64,000 nucleotides of DNA, from assembly GCA_038496445.1 (NCBI GenBank), contig JALMLS010000143.1:434001-498000 (forward strand), written 5' to 3'. This document shows positions 48,965 through 60,442 of this stretch, one piece after another. The stretch's first letter is position 1; each line of letters starts with the position of its first letter. Position numbers and translations under genes: made by a program. The notes under the pieces are model-generated. The model saw nothing but the letters and a program-made list of their open reading frames with translations, had not been told where the DNA came from and ran no database searches. This DNA is from Trichosphaerium sp. ATCC 40318 (taxonomy: Eukaryota > Protista > Tubulinea).

Positions 48965-50450
48965 ATGGGAAGAAAAACAATAGAAATAAAGAAGATAAAA
49001 GATAATAAAAAGAGACAGGTAAGTGGAACACAAAAAAAAACAAGCGAAGTGAATAAGAAAAAAACAATATTGAACGTTTGTAGATAACGTTTAACAAAAG
49101 ACGTGCTGGTGTACTCAAAAAAGCCATGGAACTGTCTATCCTATGTGGTTGCCCTGTTGCTGTAGCCGTATACGAGACTCACGAACTAGGAGACGCACAG
49201 TGGTACGTTAGAAAGAAAATTTTTGCCAGCCACAAACGTTGTGATAACTGACAATAAAAAGGCACGTGTACGAGTCACAACCGGATTTTCTAAAACAATG
49301 CGTTGACTGGAATACAAAAGCCACAGAGAAGAAGGTATGGGAACCAATGACAAACGAAGACGTAAGTGCAAAGAAATTGTGTTTCATATTTAGCTGATAT
49401 TCTCTTTTGTAGTACTTTCGCATGCACCCTACAAAGAAGAATGGTTTTGTCAAAGAGAAGCAAAAGGTATGGAATGCGGTTTTGACTATTTGCAGCTTAT
49501 TTGTTAACTTCTCGTCAGGTTCCAACTACCAGACTTGAATCAGGATACAGTGCAATCTTACCAGATGTTACACTACCTGCTGTTAATGTAGCGTACCATA
49601 ACTATTGTCAGTATTGGCAAACAGTAAAGAACGCCAATCTTCAAGGTAAATAGCACCTAAACTCAACTAAATCTAAACCATTCTAGTTACTCAACCACCT
49701 GCGCCTGTACATACGTCAACTATACCAGTGTTTTCACCTCAGTTCATGATACCAGGACTGGTATTTGGTACGCTCTTGACTAGATTGTGTATAGCAATTG
49801 TCCGCTAACTTTGGATCGTATTGCAGCTCAACCAAGTATTCAACAAACACAGCACCAATACAACCAAATGCTACAAACACTTCGTCCTATCCAACCCTTA
49901 AACAACGTCAATGATAAGGCACCAGCACAACCAGCACCAACGGTCGTTCCCAGTATCACGCTCCCATTTGCCCAAAATCAAATCCTTACACAGCCAGTTG
50001 TTCAGTTTCCCATTGTTCAAAGTAAACCAGTTGACTCCAGTACGTTAAACAACCGCAACTGAGGATAAAATCTTAACTACCTCTATAGATTCTGATCCTG
50101 TAGAACCTCTCGAGTCTTCTACGGAATCTACGACTGATGATCAACCTGGTAATTATAGAAAACGTCAACAAGTAACAAATCCTTCAACTCAACCACCTGC
50201 CAAGAGGATGAAAAAAGGACGAGAATTGTCTATTATTATACCCAAGACACCAACATCTGCAAGGCCTTTTTGTTGGCCAATGTCGGCTTCTGGATATCTC
50301 ACATTGAACACACCAAGTGAAAGTATGTTCACACCTCCCCTCTTCCTTCCACAAACAAATCTATTTTCACCCGTGTCACAAACAGACACAGCTTCCCCAT
50401 TGGAAACAGTTCAACCTGCTGATTTTTTAGACTATGAAGGATTAGAATAG
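48965..50450 (+). CDS. MEF2-type MADS-box transcription factor
   Basis: MGRKTIEIKKIKDNKKRQ|ITFNKRRAGVLKKAMELSILCGC; Pro/Gln/Thr-rich C-terminal region. Confidence 0.9.
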
Positions 50451-50666
50451 AAGTATATTAGCGGTTAGAAACTGGAAGATAGACTCCACACAACTTTTTT
50501 TTTTTAATTGTACATAATAAAGTAACTATTGGCTTGATCATGCTGTCAACTGTGCAACTTTGCTCGTTGCTGGTTTCTGTTGCAAATCGCTATCGCGTCA
50601 TAGAAAAAGGGAAAATTCACTGAAGCAGTTTAGCATTTGGCTCAGTTATTAATCGATTTGCAGCAT

Positions 50667-50891
50667 ATGGGCAAAAGCAGAAATAGCAGAAAGGGTGTAA
50701 GACAACGTTACGGCGACCACGCGCACAAGGACTGGAAAAAACGCGCAAATGGATGCAAACGCGCAGCATACCGTAGTTCATTATCTAAAAATGAAGTAGA
50801 TGGAGCCGAAGACCTTCCTCAAATAATTAATCATGGTAAAACCTATTGGGACTGCAAACCATATAAATCCAACGCAGCAAACCGCATTTAA
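50667..50891 (+). CDS. Small intronless basic protein (74 aa), unknown function
   Basis: MGKSRNSRKG...KDWKKRANGCKRAAYR...YWD; followed by AATAAA; fills the gap between two genes. Confidence 0.5.
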   Translation: MGKSRNSRKGVRQRYGDHAHKDWKKRANGCKRAAYRSSLSKNEVDGAEDLPQIINHGKTYWDCKPYKSNAANRI

Positions 50892-50995
50892 TTGTAGAAA
50901 AGAATAAACCGTGTATTTGTATCAAAATCGCTCATTTTAAGCCTGATTTACAAACTTAATGACGCACCAGGTTGTTTGCCAACGGTCGTTTAGCA

Positions 50996-52185
50996 ATGGA
51001 TACATGGCGTTTAACCGATTTAAAGCGTAACTACGTTCATTTCGCAACACGAAGAAAAAGCAACTCTACAAGAAGAAAAGGTTCGATGAGGGCCCTTTTT
51101 AGATACAATGTACGTGTTAACGAAGTGTTACACTGTTATTTGTACATTTCGGCGTTTGCCCCATTTGTTTCAAATAAAAACTGAAAAAAAAACCAAAGGC
51201 CGACTCTTCAGATTGTCATATACCGTTCATCCCTGAGGTTTGGTGCTGCATTTTTCGCTTTGTGGATTACAACGACATGCTTAAAAGTGAACTGGTACGA
51301 TTTCTTTGCCACTTGAGAGCCATCGCTTTCAAGCAATCAAATGATAGAAGTCAGATCTGCGCTCTAACTAAATTTTTTCTTGACATTTTTTTTGGTTTGT
51401 CACGTGCTTTTCGTTTAATTTTGTCCATGTAGGCATGCAAATTCTTTATGAGGGTCATAGATGATGTAGTATGGAAGTACCATTATGAAAAGTTCTTTTA
51501 TTGTGCAGAAGGAAAGAGTTCTCCTTTGAGTTGGAAGCAAATGTTCAGAAAGAAACTTGATGATATTTCAAAGCAAGGTGCTTTGTATTTGAAACACCCA
51601 GGCAGATGGTTCTCTACATGGACTAGAGTATGGGTAAGAGTAATCAATAAAGTAAAATCAGTCATTCTAAATGAGTTTAGGTCGTTCTAGAAGGCGTGAA
51701 CTTTATTTATTTTCCGTACAATTGGTACGCACTTGTTTCATCAAAAACACGCTTTGGTATCATAACCATGTTATGCTACCCTCATAACAACGTAGAATAG
51801 GCCATGTGGCTACATCTTTACCATTTTAGAACGTTGTATAACAAGACCTCTTACGTCAATTTAGTAAAGATGACCCGAAACATATTCTATCCCTTATCAG
51901 ATCCGTACCTCCTTCAAATGTCGCCTTCCTGCCTTTTATGAATAGTACGCATACTACAAAATTGATTGTACATACTCTTCATCATCGTAACTCGGTATAG
52001 TCGGTTGCAGTAAAAGCACACGTTGGTCAGGGAAGTTTGAAATATTTATAACAGGATTCGAGTCCGAGTATTTGGTGTTTGGCGTTGACAACGAGCAAGA
52101 CGGGAGGCTATGGCTGAATGCTATTCAAAGAGCAAAGCTAAAGTTCCAGTCTCAAATGTACGGCCAAGAGATGGCTGTAGGATAG
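50996..52185 (+). CDS. F-box plus PH-domain protein
   Basis: FIPEVWCCIFRFVDYNDMLKSELACKFF...VWK (F-box); KQGALYLKHPGRWFSTWTRVWVVLEG...FGVDNEQDGRLWLNAIQ (PH). Confidence 0.75.
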
Positions 52186-52388
52186 CTTACTGTTACTTTG
52201 TACTTGTACAAATAACTGTAGTTGTATATTTTGTGATTTGATAATGAGTAAAGCGATTGGTTACCGCGTAGTGTAAGCATGTTTTTTCATTAAGATCCGA
52301 AAAAAACGCGGCCAAAGTACATAGTTTCAGTTAAACTTGCTTACAAAGTCAACGCACCTCCTTGTAACGTTACAAGGTAAAAAGCAGC

Positions 52389-52941
52389 ATGTCTGCACCA
52401 CAAGAGAACCATGTACAAAAAACTACGGCTACTGGTTTGGAAGGAGTCGATAGGAACCAAGAAATGAACCAATTTGTACGTTAGATACCGTGGAATATAC
52501 TATTCGGTTCGTAAAACATAATGCTTACTTTGTTCTAGATGAATAATTTAGTAAGCGCTCTCGTACGTCTAGAACCAATCCCCATTGCGTATTTTTACCA
52601 CAAAATAGTACAGGAGTAACTTCGGTTGCAACATGTACAAAACGCGAACTTATCGCATCTTACCACCTTACCACGCACTAAAAACGCTTTAATAACATTC
52701 TACCATAGTCTGTAAAATTCGAACAAATGTCCCAACAGATCATTGGAAAACGTATCCCAAAGTGATCAGATAACATTTTGTAATTCGTTTTTAACAACAA
52801 TAACTCCTTAACGATACAGTGGACCAGATGGGAGACAGAATTGATAGCCTCGAGAAACAAATGGACGATATTATGGACCAAGCTGGTATTGACAAACAAC
52901 AAGTACATAATCAGACAGATAGAACATTAGACAATCACTAG
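52389..52941 (+). CDS. HSBP1: Heat shock factor binding protein 1
   Basis: Spliced: EMNQF|MNNLVSAL|SVKFEQMSQQIIGK|LDQMGDRIDSLEKQMDDIMDQAG; includes a 24-nt microexon; exact 3' end uncertain. Confidence 0.85.
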
Positions 52942-53117
52942 TAATTTAACAAACAAATGAAGCCAAAGCAGGCAAGCCTCTGCAAGAATAAAAACAGAAA
53001 ACAAAATAAAATCTTGCTTCTCCAATGTCACGGCTACTCAACAAGTTTAATCCTTTCTAAAGCAGTAAAACTTTGTTTGTCATCAGTACAGCCGCGCCAT
53101 CACGGGTACAAGAGTAT

Positions 53118-53672
53118 TTACTTAGTCTCAGGCTTCTTTGCGGCGATAGCTTCAATCTCAATGAGGCAACTAGAAAAAATAGTTAGCGCCTTGCCACTAA
53201 TGAATAAAGAGTACCCAGGTGGTAGCGCTTTGACAGCGAACGTAGCTCTGGCAGGTGGTGGAGAACCAGTGGCTTCTTGGCTGAAAAACTCACTATACTT
53301 CTCATTGAAAGCCTTGAAATCATCAAAGTTTGCCAACAAACACGTTGTCTTTAACACGTGCGCCATGCTAGAAAAAAACAGTAAATGAATGCTGACCAGC
53401 GTTTTATAAGGTTTAATACTTACCTTGAGTTGCCAGCTTCTAGTACCGCCTTCATATTCAACAATACACGCTCTGTTTGTACTTTGATGTCACCCTTTAT
53501 CCATTCACCTTGTAACGAGTTTGTTTTAACCCTTAGTATAATACGCACGCGTCTTAGGGTCTACGGCTACTTGTCCAGCAACGAAAACGAGGTTACCGTA
53601 TGCGATACCTGGAGAATAGCAACCACCTGGTGCTGGAGCGTTTTCGCTGACAATTGCTTGCTTTGTTGCCAT
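53118..53672 (-). CDS. RidA/YjgF/UK114 family reactive-intermediate deaminase
   Basis: APAPGGCYSPG...LVFVAGQV, QTERVLLNMKAVLEAG, VLKTTCLL, FNEKY..FF, PPARATFAVKALP, IEIEAIA (catalytic Arg present). Confidence 0.92.
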
Positions 53673-53820
53673 TGTTTCGGTTGAAAAGTTAATGAAAACT
53701 TTCATTTACTACAATTGACTCTGGTTGCCAGTGACATGTTGTTGGTTGCCTACAATGAGCGAGTGCCAACTATTAATTTTAATCAGTTTATTTTACAATT
53801 CATCCCAGCGCTACGCAATG

Positions 53821-54291
53821 TCAATATTTCAAATGATCCTGTATTGCCTGGCGCTCTACAGATTCTTTAGTACCATCGTGAGTGACTTCTCGCTCGTTAT
53901 TAAGATAATCGTCTATTTCTGTATAAAAGCCCTCCCAGCCCAGACCCTCAGGAAATTCCTTTCGATAGAACGTTTTTTGAGCTTTAGACAATGTCTGCCA
54001 ACCGTCGTACCACGCCAATTTGTACCCTTCGCCGCCACCCATCCGCCATCCAAGGCAATAGCGCTCATAGTTAGGGAATTCCAGCCACAAAGGAAGCATT
54101 TTTAACGGCGTACTCCACTTATTAGCCTTTCTTTTCTTCAATTTGCTTACAAACTCCGCTGGCGTAATATTTTGAACGTGTTTTACGCAGTAGAAGTTTG
54201 CTTGCTCCCTTTGAACTGCACAGCACTTACCACACAGGTCACGAGTGCAATCCGCACTTCCTTGCTCGTTACAAGCCTCACACTTCAACAT
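53821..54291 (-). CDS. Cys/His zinc finger fused to a bacterial-type PxWxxxP...GWRMGxGE domain
   Basis: CEAC...C...CGKCC...C-KH finger, then LPLWLEFPNYERYCLGWRMGGGEGY...W...FPEGLGWEGFY; coding part has no intron. Confidence 0.7.
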   Translation of the reverse strand: MLKCEACNEQGSADCTRDLCGKCCAVQREQANFYCVKHVQNITPAEFVSKLKKRKANKWSTPLKMLPLWLEFPNYERYCLGWRMGGGEGYKLAWYDGWQTLSKAQKTFYRKEFPEGLGWEGFYTEIDDYLNNEREVTHDGTKESVERQAIQDHLKY

Positions 54292-54472
54292 AACTGAAAA
54301 AAAAATACGACCAAGATATGAAAAAAACGCCCAAAAATAGCCATCACACATAACCGTTAAATTTTTCTCGCAATTTCTACACATACGTACAGCTTTGTTA
54401 AAGGTGGTTTCATATTTATTAGAATACAAGTGAAGATACAAGAGATGGCGGAACAAACGCGTAAGTTTTTTT

Positions 54473-55818
54473 TTAAAAGTCAGCGTTCATTACGAACATG
54501 TGGTTAGAACCACTATCAGTGGCCTTATCACCAAGCGCTACGCCGGTCTTTTGATACTCCGAAACACGCTTCTCGAAGAAGTTTGTCTTACCCTAAGAAG
54601 TACAAGTTAGTAAACAGCCACTCGAGGTAAACAAAAAAAAAAGTGTCGGTTGCAAAAAGTAACTAAAAAGTTACGCGGTGAAAACAGATAACACGTGAAA
54701 AAATTACGCCTTACGCAATCCGTAAGGTTACGATAAGACAAAAGAGAAAAAGAAACAACTTTGTGAACCAAGAAATAACGTACAGGAAGTGAGATGAGTT
54801 CCATCCAGTCGAAAGGATTTTTGGCATTGTACAATTTAGGATATCCAAGAGCAACGATGAGACGATCAGCGACGAATTCGATGTAAGTTCTCATCATATC
54901 AGAGTTCATACCTGTTTGAAAAAAAAAAAGTTAGAGTCTAAAGAAAATAAAGGGTTTCAAGAAAAAGAAACAGTAGAAACGGATTAAATAACGTACCGAT
55001 TAGTTTTACAGGCAAAGAATCGCAAATAAACTCTTGTTCACACTCAACAGCGTTTCCAATGATCTTAGAGCGTATGTTAGTGTTAAAATTCCTGTAAAAA
55101 AACTTTGTGCCAAAAGTACCTCGTAAATTTTCTCAGCTGGTAATTTGTTGATGAGTTGAGAGTATAACAAGCAGGCGAAATCACAGTGTAATCCTTCGTC
55201 GCGGGAAATGAGTTCGTTCGAAAATGTTAAACCAGGCATTAGATTTCGCTTCTTGAGCCAAAATACGGCACAGAAGGAGCCAGAGAAGAATATACCCTCA
55301 ACTGCAGCGAAAGCGACTAAACGTTCGGCAAAAGAGGTTTCTTCGCTATTAATCCAGTTGGTAGCCCAATCAGCCTTCTTTTTGATGCATGGGATGTGAT
55401 CAATAGCATTAAAGAGCTCGTTGCGTTCTTTGGCGTCACGAATGTAGGTATCGATTAAGAGGGAGTAGGTTTCGCTGTGGATGTTCTCAATGGCAATTTG
55501 AAAGCCATAGAAGCATCTAGCTTCTGGTGATTGTACTTCCTTCATGAAACGGACAGCGAGGTTCTCGAGGACAATACCGTCGGATGCAGCGAAGAAAGCG
55601 AGGACGTATTTGATGAAATGTCTCTCGTTATCGTTGAGTTTTTGGCTCCAGTCTTTGATGTCGGTATGGAGATCAATCTCTTCAGCAGTCCAGAAGGAGG
55701 CTTCTGCTTTCTTGTACAACCGCCATACGGCATCGTTTTTGATAGGGAACAAGACAAAGCGTCCTGGGTTCTCTTTGAGTAGAGGTTCGTTCTTCTCAGC
55801 AAGTTTAATAGCGTTCAT
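54473..55818 (-). CDS. RRM2: Ribonucleotide reductase class Ia small subunit (R2)
   Basis: [72 protein letters not shown], ends NADF; three introns. Confidence 0.97.
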
Positions 55819-55968
55819 TTTTTGGAGTTGTGTTACTAGCCGTTGTAATTAGCGGTATTTTGAATTTACGAATTTGCCGGTCAAATGCCAATTCCACGCT
55901 TTTTTCTTTGTGGCGCCAAAATATCACTTATCGTTATAACCAATCCTACTTGACCACACTTCTCGAAC
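55819..55968. promoter_or_regulatory. 150-bp bidirectional promoter between RNR subunit genes with E2F, CHR and two CCAAT motifs
   Basis: TTTGAA 55859-55864; CCAAT 55888-55892 and 55940-55944; TTTGGCGC on minus strand 55913-55920 around palindrome TGGCGCCA. Confidence 0.7.
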
Positions 55969-58900
55969 ATGTCAATGTTCGTAGTAAAGCGGGATGGCGA
56001 AAGACAGAAAGTACGTGGTTGTTTTTCCTACTCCCAAACTTTTGGATATAAAACTTTCCTCCGCAAGTTTCTACGCTCGTATTAATCTATTTAACGCTAG
56101 GTTGCTTTCGACAAAATTACAAAGCGTTTAGAAAACCTTTGCCTCAACATAGAGCCTGTTTTGAAGCCTGATGATGTAGATCCTACCATTGTCGCTCAAA
56201 AAGTAACTGCTGGTGTATACTCCGGTGTTACAACCAGAGAATTAGACAATCTCGCTGCTGAGACAGCCGCTTACATGGCTACAACTCATCCTGGTACGCG
56301 CCAAAAATTACACGTTGGCATTCGCAGAAGTAATAACTTTAAACCCAGGATACGGTGCTCTCGCTGCTAGAATTGCTATTTCAAACCTCCACAAAGAGAC
56401 TGAAGGCAATTTCGCCAACACAGTTGAAAAAATGTATACCTACATCAACCCTAAGACCCAAGAGAAGTCGCCACTCATCGCTGATGATGTTTACAAAATA
56501 GTAATGGATAACAAAGACAAACTTGAAGCTGCTATTGATTACAACCGCGATTACCAAGTACGTTTGAGCTTGTAACATCTACAGTTACACTTTGAACCCT
56601 TTTTTTACATTATCTAACGGCTTTTTTTGTAGTACGACTTTTTCGGTATTAAGACCTTGGAGCGCTCGTACTTGATCAGACTCAGCGGTGTTATCGTAGA
56701 ACGCCCACAACACATGCTTGTACGTTAAAATAACACTTTTTGTAGAATTAAAATTTTTTGTTTTGTCTTTTTTTCAGCTGTAACTAATGACTATTGCAGA
56801 TGCGTGTTGCTGTTGGTATCCATAAAGAATCTATTGAAGATGTATTGGAAACATACGACAAAATGTCTCGTATGTTGTACACGCACGCTACACCAACTCT
56901 ATTCAACTCTGGTACGCTCAATCTCTTATTATCTTCACAAGCAACCTTCAACAGCTTATTTCCCGCTTTTTTTTTCTCGCACCATTTGTCCGCTACTCAC
57001 TCTACAAAATAGGCACACCATGCCCTCAAATGTCTTCTTGCTTCCTTTTGGACATGACAGACGATTCTATTGAAGGAATTTACGAAACTCTAAAACGATG
57101 CGCACTCATCTCTAAAAGTGCTGGTGGTATCGGCCTTGCCATGCACAAGATTCGTGCAAGCAACAGTTACATCAAGGGTACAAACGGTACATCTAACGGA
57201 ATTGTACCTATGTTACGTGTATTCAACGACACTGCACGTTACGTCGATCAAGGTACGATGCCAAACGAGCGTTAACGCCTATCCGTTATTTTTTCTTTTA
57301 AAGTTGTATCTCTTTGTTTGTTATTGTTCTCGCTCTTACTCTGTGCTTAGGTGGTGGTAAAAGAAAGGGCGCCTTTGCCGTATATTTGGAACCATGGCAC
57401 GCAGATGTCTTTGATTTCTTGGACTTGAAAAAGAACCACGGTAAAGAAGAACAACGCGCTCGTGATTTGTTCTACGCTCTATGGATATCCGATTTGTTCA
57501 TGAAGCGTTGTGAGAGTAACGGCGACTGGTCATTGTTCTGCCCTAATGAAGCACCTGGCCTCCATGAAGTATGGGGTGAGGAGTTTGAGAAGCTCTACAC
57601 TCGATACGAGAAAGAAGGTACGAATAGATTTTTTTTTTGTTTTTGCTTTTCTTTGGATGTTTTTTCGTTCTTTGTTGTTGACTCTTCATCCAGGACGTGC
57701 CAGAAAGGTTATTAAGGCTCAAAAGCTTTGGTTTGCTATTATGGAATCTCAAATTGAGACTGGTACACCTTACATGATGTACAAGGACGCATGTAACTCA
57801 AAGTCAAACCAACAAAATCTTGGTACTATCAAGTCTTCCAACTTGTGTACAGAGATTGTTGAGTATACTTCTCCTGATGAGGTACGTTGTGATTAACTAT
57901 TGCCTTTGGTCCTGTACTCATGTTTGTATCTTTAGGTTGCTGTATGTAATCTTGCTTCTTTGGCTTTGCCTAAATATGTCGCTGAAGACGGAACTTATGA
58001 TTATCAAGCACTTTACGACATCACATACCATGTCACAAAGAATTTGAACAAAATCATCGATGGTAACTACTATCCTGTACCTGAGGCTCGTGTATCCAAC
58101 ATGAAACACAGACCTATCGCTATTGGTGTACAAGTACGTACTTGCGCTTCTCTGCTCTATAAAATGTTCCTCTTTTTTTTGAAGCCATTATTGACTCGTG
58201 ATTTTAGGGTCTCGCTGATGTATTCTTGAAACTAAGACACCCTTGGGATTCTGATGAGGCAAGAAAGGTCAACAAGAGAATATTTGAGACCATATACTTT
58301 GCCGCTCTTACTAGCTCCAAAGGTACTTGTCTTAGCGTCTCTATCCAAACTTGTCTTTTTTTCTTATTTGAAACTTTTTTATTTGTTGTTTCTTTTCTAA
58401 TGCTTCTTCTCTAGACTTGGCAATCAAAAATGGTGCCTATGAAACGTTTAAAGGATCTCCTGCAGATAAAGGACTCCTACAGTACGATTTGTGGGGCGTT
58501 AAGCCTTCATTCGATAAATGGGACTGGGCTGGACTTAAAGCTGAGATTAAGAAACATGGCTTGCGTAATTCCCTATTGGTAGCTCCTATGCCAACCGCTT
58601 CATCATCTCAGATTCTCGGTAACAATGAATGCTTTGAGCCTTACCACTCGAACATCTTTGTTAGACGTGTTCTTGCAGGTGAATTCATGGTTATCAACAA
58701 ACATCTTGTTAACGACTTGTTGAAACTTGGTCTATGGACTGATGATATTCGTAATCAAGTACGACTTTTGTTTTTGAGTTTTTGTCATTTTCTTATTGTG
58801 TTGTGGTTGTATACTTATGCTTTTTGCTCTTAGCTTGTTGCTGATAAGGGATCTGTTCAAAATATCCCAGAAATTCCACAAGAATTACGTGACCTTTATA

Positions 58901-59302
58901 AGACTATTTGGGAAGTAAAACAAAGAATCATGATTGACCTTGCTGCTGATAGAGGTGCTTTTATTGATCAGTCTCAGAGTTTCAATTGTTTCATTGCAAA
59001 GCCTGATGTACAGAAACTCACGTCTATGCACTTTTATGGATGGAAAAAGGGATTGAAGACAGGTACGATATTGAGACCTTCTTGTTTTTTATTTTCTTTT
59101 TTCTTGTTTTTTTCCGCCGTTTTTTTGACTTTGTTGTTTAGGAATGTACTACTTGCGTACACAGCCTGCTGCTCATGCTATTCAGTTTACTGTAGATAAA
59201 CAAAAGCTTAAAGCACGTGCTGCCGCTGCTGCTGCTGAAGAACCTGAAGTTGTCGGACAAATTTGTAGAATGGAAGAAGGTTGTATTTCATGCGGCTCTT
59301 AA
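55969..59302 (+). CDS. RRM1: Ribonucleotide reductase class Ia large subunit (R1)
   Basis: ATP cone VVKRDG; [64 protein letters not shown]; C-terminal CISCGS. Confidence 0.97.
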
Positions 59303-59537
59303 ATGATTGGTTTTTTAAATTGTACTATAATTTGCGTATTGTGAATAAAGTGAGTTGTTGTTACTGTCCTTAAAGAACCTTGTATGTTTATCTCTTGGCC
59401 TGCAGTCCTTTTTTTATATTACTTCATCACTCGCGATAGTCACGTGATCTAAAATGGTACTTGTAAAGGATGAAATGGGAAGTCAATCTTGAAACAGCTT
59501 AATATTCATTTTTTTATTTTTGTTATTTGCATAAAAA

Positions 59538-60400
59538 CTACAAAGAGCATACACTCCAAAATGCAGAAGCTTCATCCATAGCTTCATATAATCCGTCCCA
59601 ATCAGAAGGAGGACAAGCTCCACGAAAATACATTGATTTTGGATAGTGAGCAAAACAACATGTATAAATATAATTAGCCAAGTCAGCTCGTTGATGTTCA
59701 TCCTTTCCATCACCACCAAAAATAAAGGAAACCAGTGGTATTACGTTATTCTCAAGGTTATTTTTTTCTTTTTGCTCATCCTTTTCAGCTGCATTGTATG
59801 TCTTTTTCATCCTGAAAGATGTTGTTTGGCTTGTACCTGGAGTAAATAATGACTTAATTTTTTCTCCATAGATTTCGTATTGTATCTCTTGTTCTCCTTC
59901 TGCTGTTTCTTTATCACCACTCTTGTAACGGGAGTATGTAAACTTTACAGGGAGCCCAGTAGCAAGAGAGTAAAGATTCCACTACGTAATAATAAGAGGT
60001 TTTGTCAAAACGATAAGAAAAAAAGGGGAAACACTCTTGAGCAAAAACTGTAAGTTTCGAAGTTGCTTGGTAAACGAAATGCGCCTCTTTCTGCCTAAAA
60101 TACACATTGAAATAAGCTCTTTGAAGCGGAGAAACAAAAATAGCGAAACCTAAGCTCATTCTTAGCTTGGTGAAGCACTGACTTTGGATTAAATTTTTCT
60201 GCCTTTGGACCAAAAAAGTCAACTATTTTATTGGCAGTGTGGTCGATAGGTTCAAATAGATTATCTTCAGCGTTACCTTGACGTATAAAAATTTCACTGA
60301 TGTTCGTTGATAAGCAATTATAGCAAAGTTTATGAGACTGAATAAGAATTCTCAAGTTGATCTCATCTTTCGGAAAAATTCGTCCTATTAACGTTTCACG
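59538..60400 (-). CDS. Uncharacterised protein
   Basis: Consecutive minus-strand ORF pieces (60095-60463, 59914-60222, 59538-59810) with coding-like composition; no family recognised; start not resolved. Confidence 0.45.
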
Positions 60401-60442
60401 TAATTGTAAAGAGTTGCTGATTGGCTTATCAACGGCACAACG

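Noticed and set aside
55208-56051. Overlapping antisense ORFs over R2, the MORN genes and others in the ORF track
   Set aside because: Shadow frames of real genes; no independent motifs.
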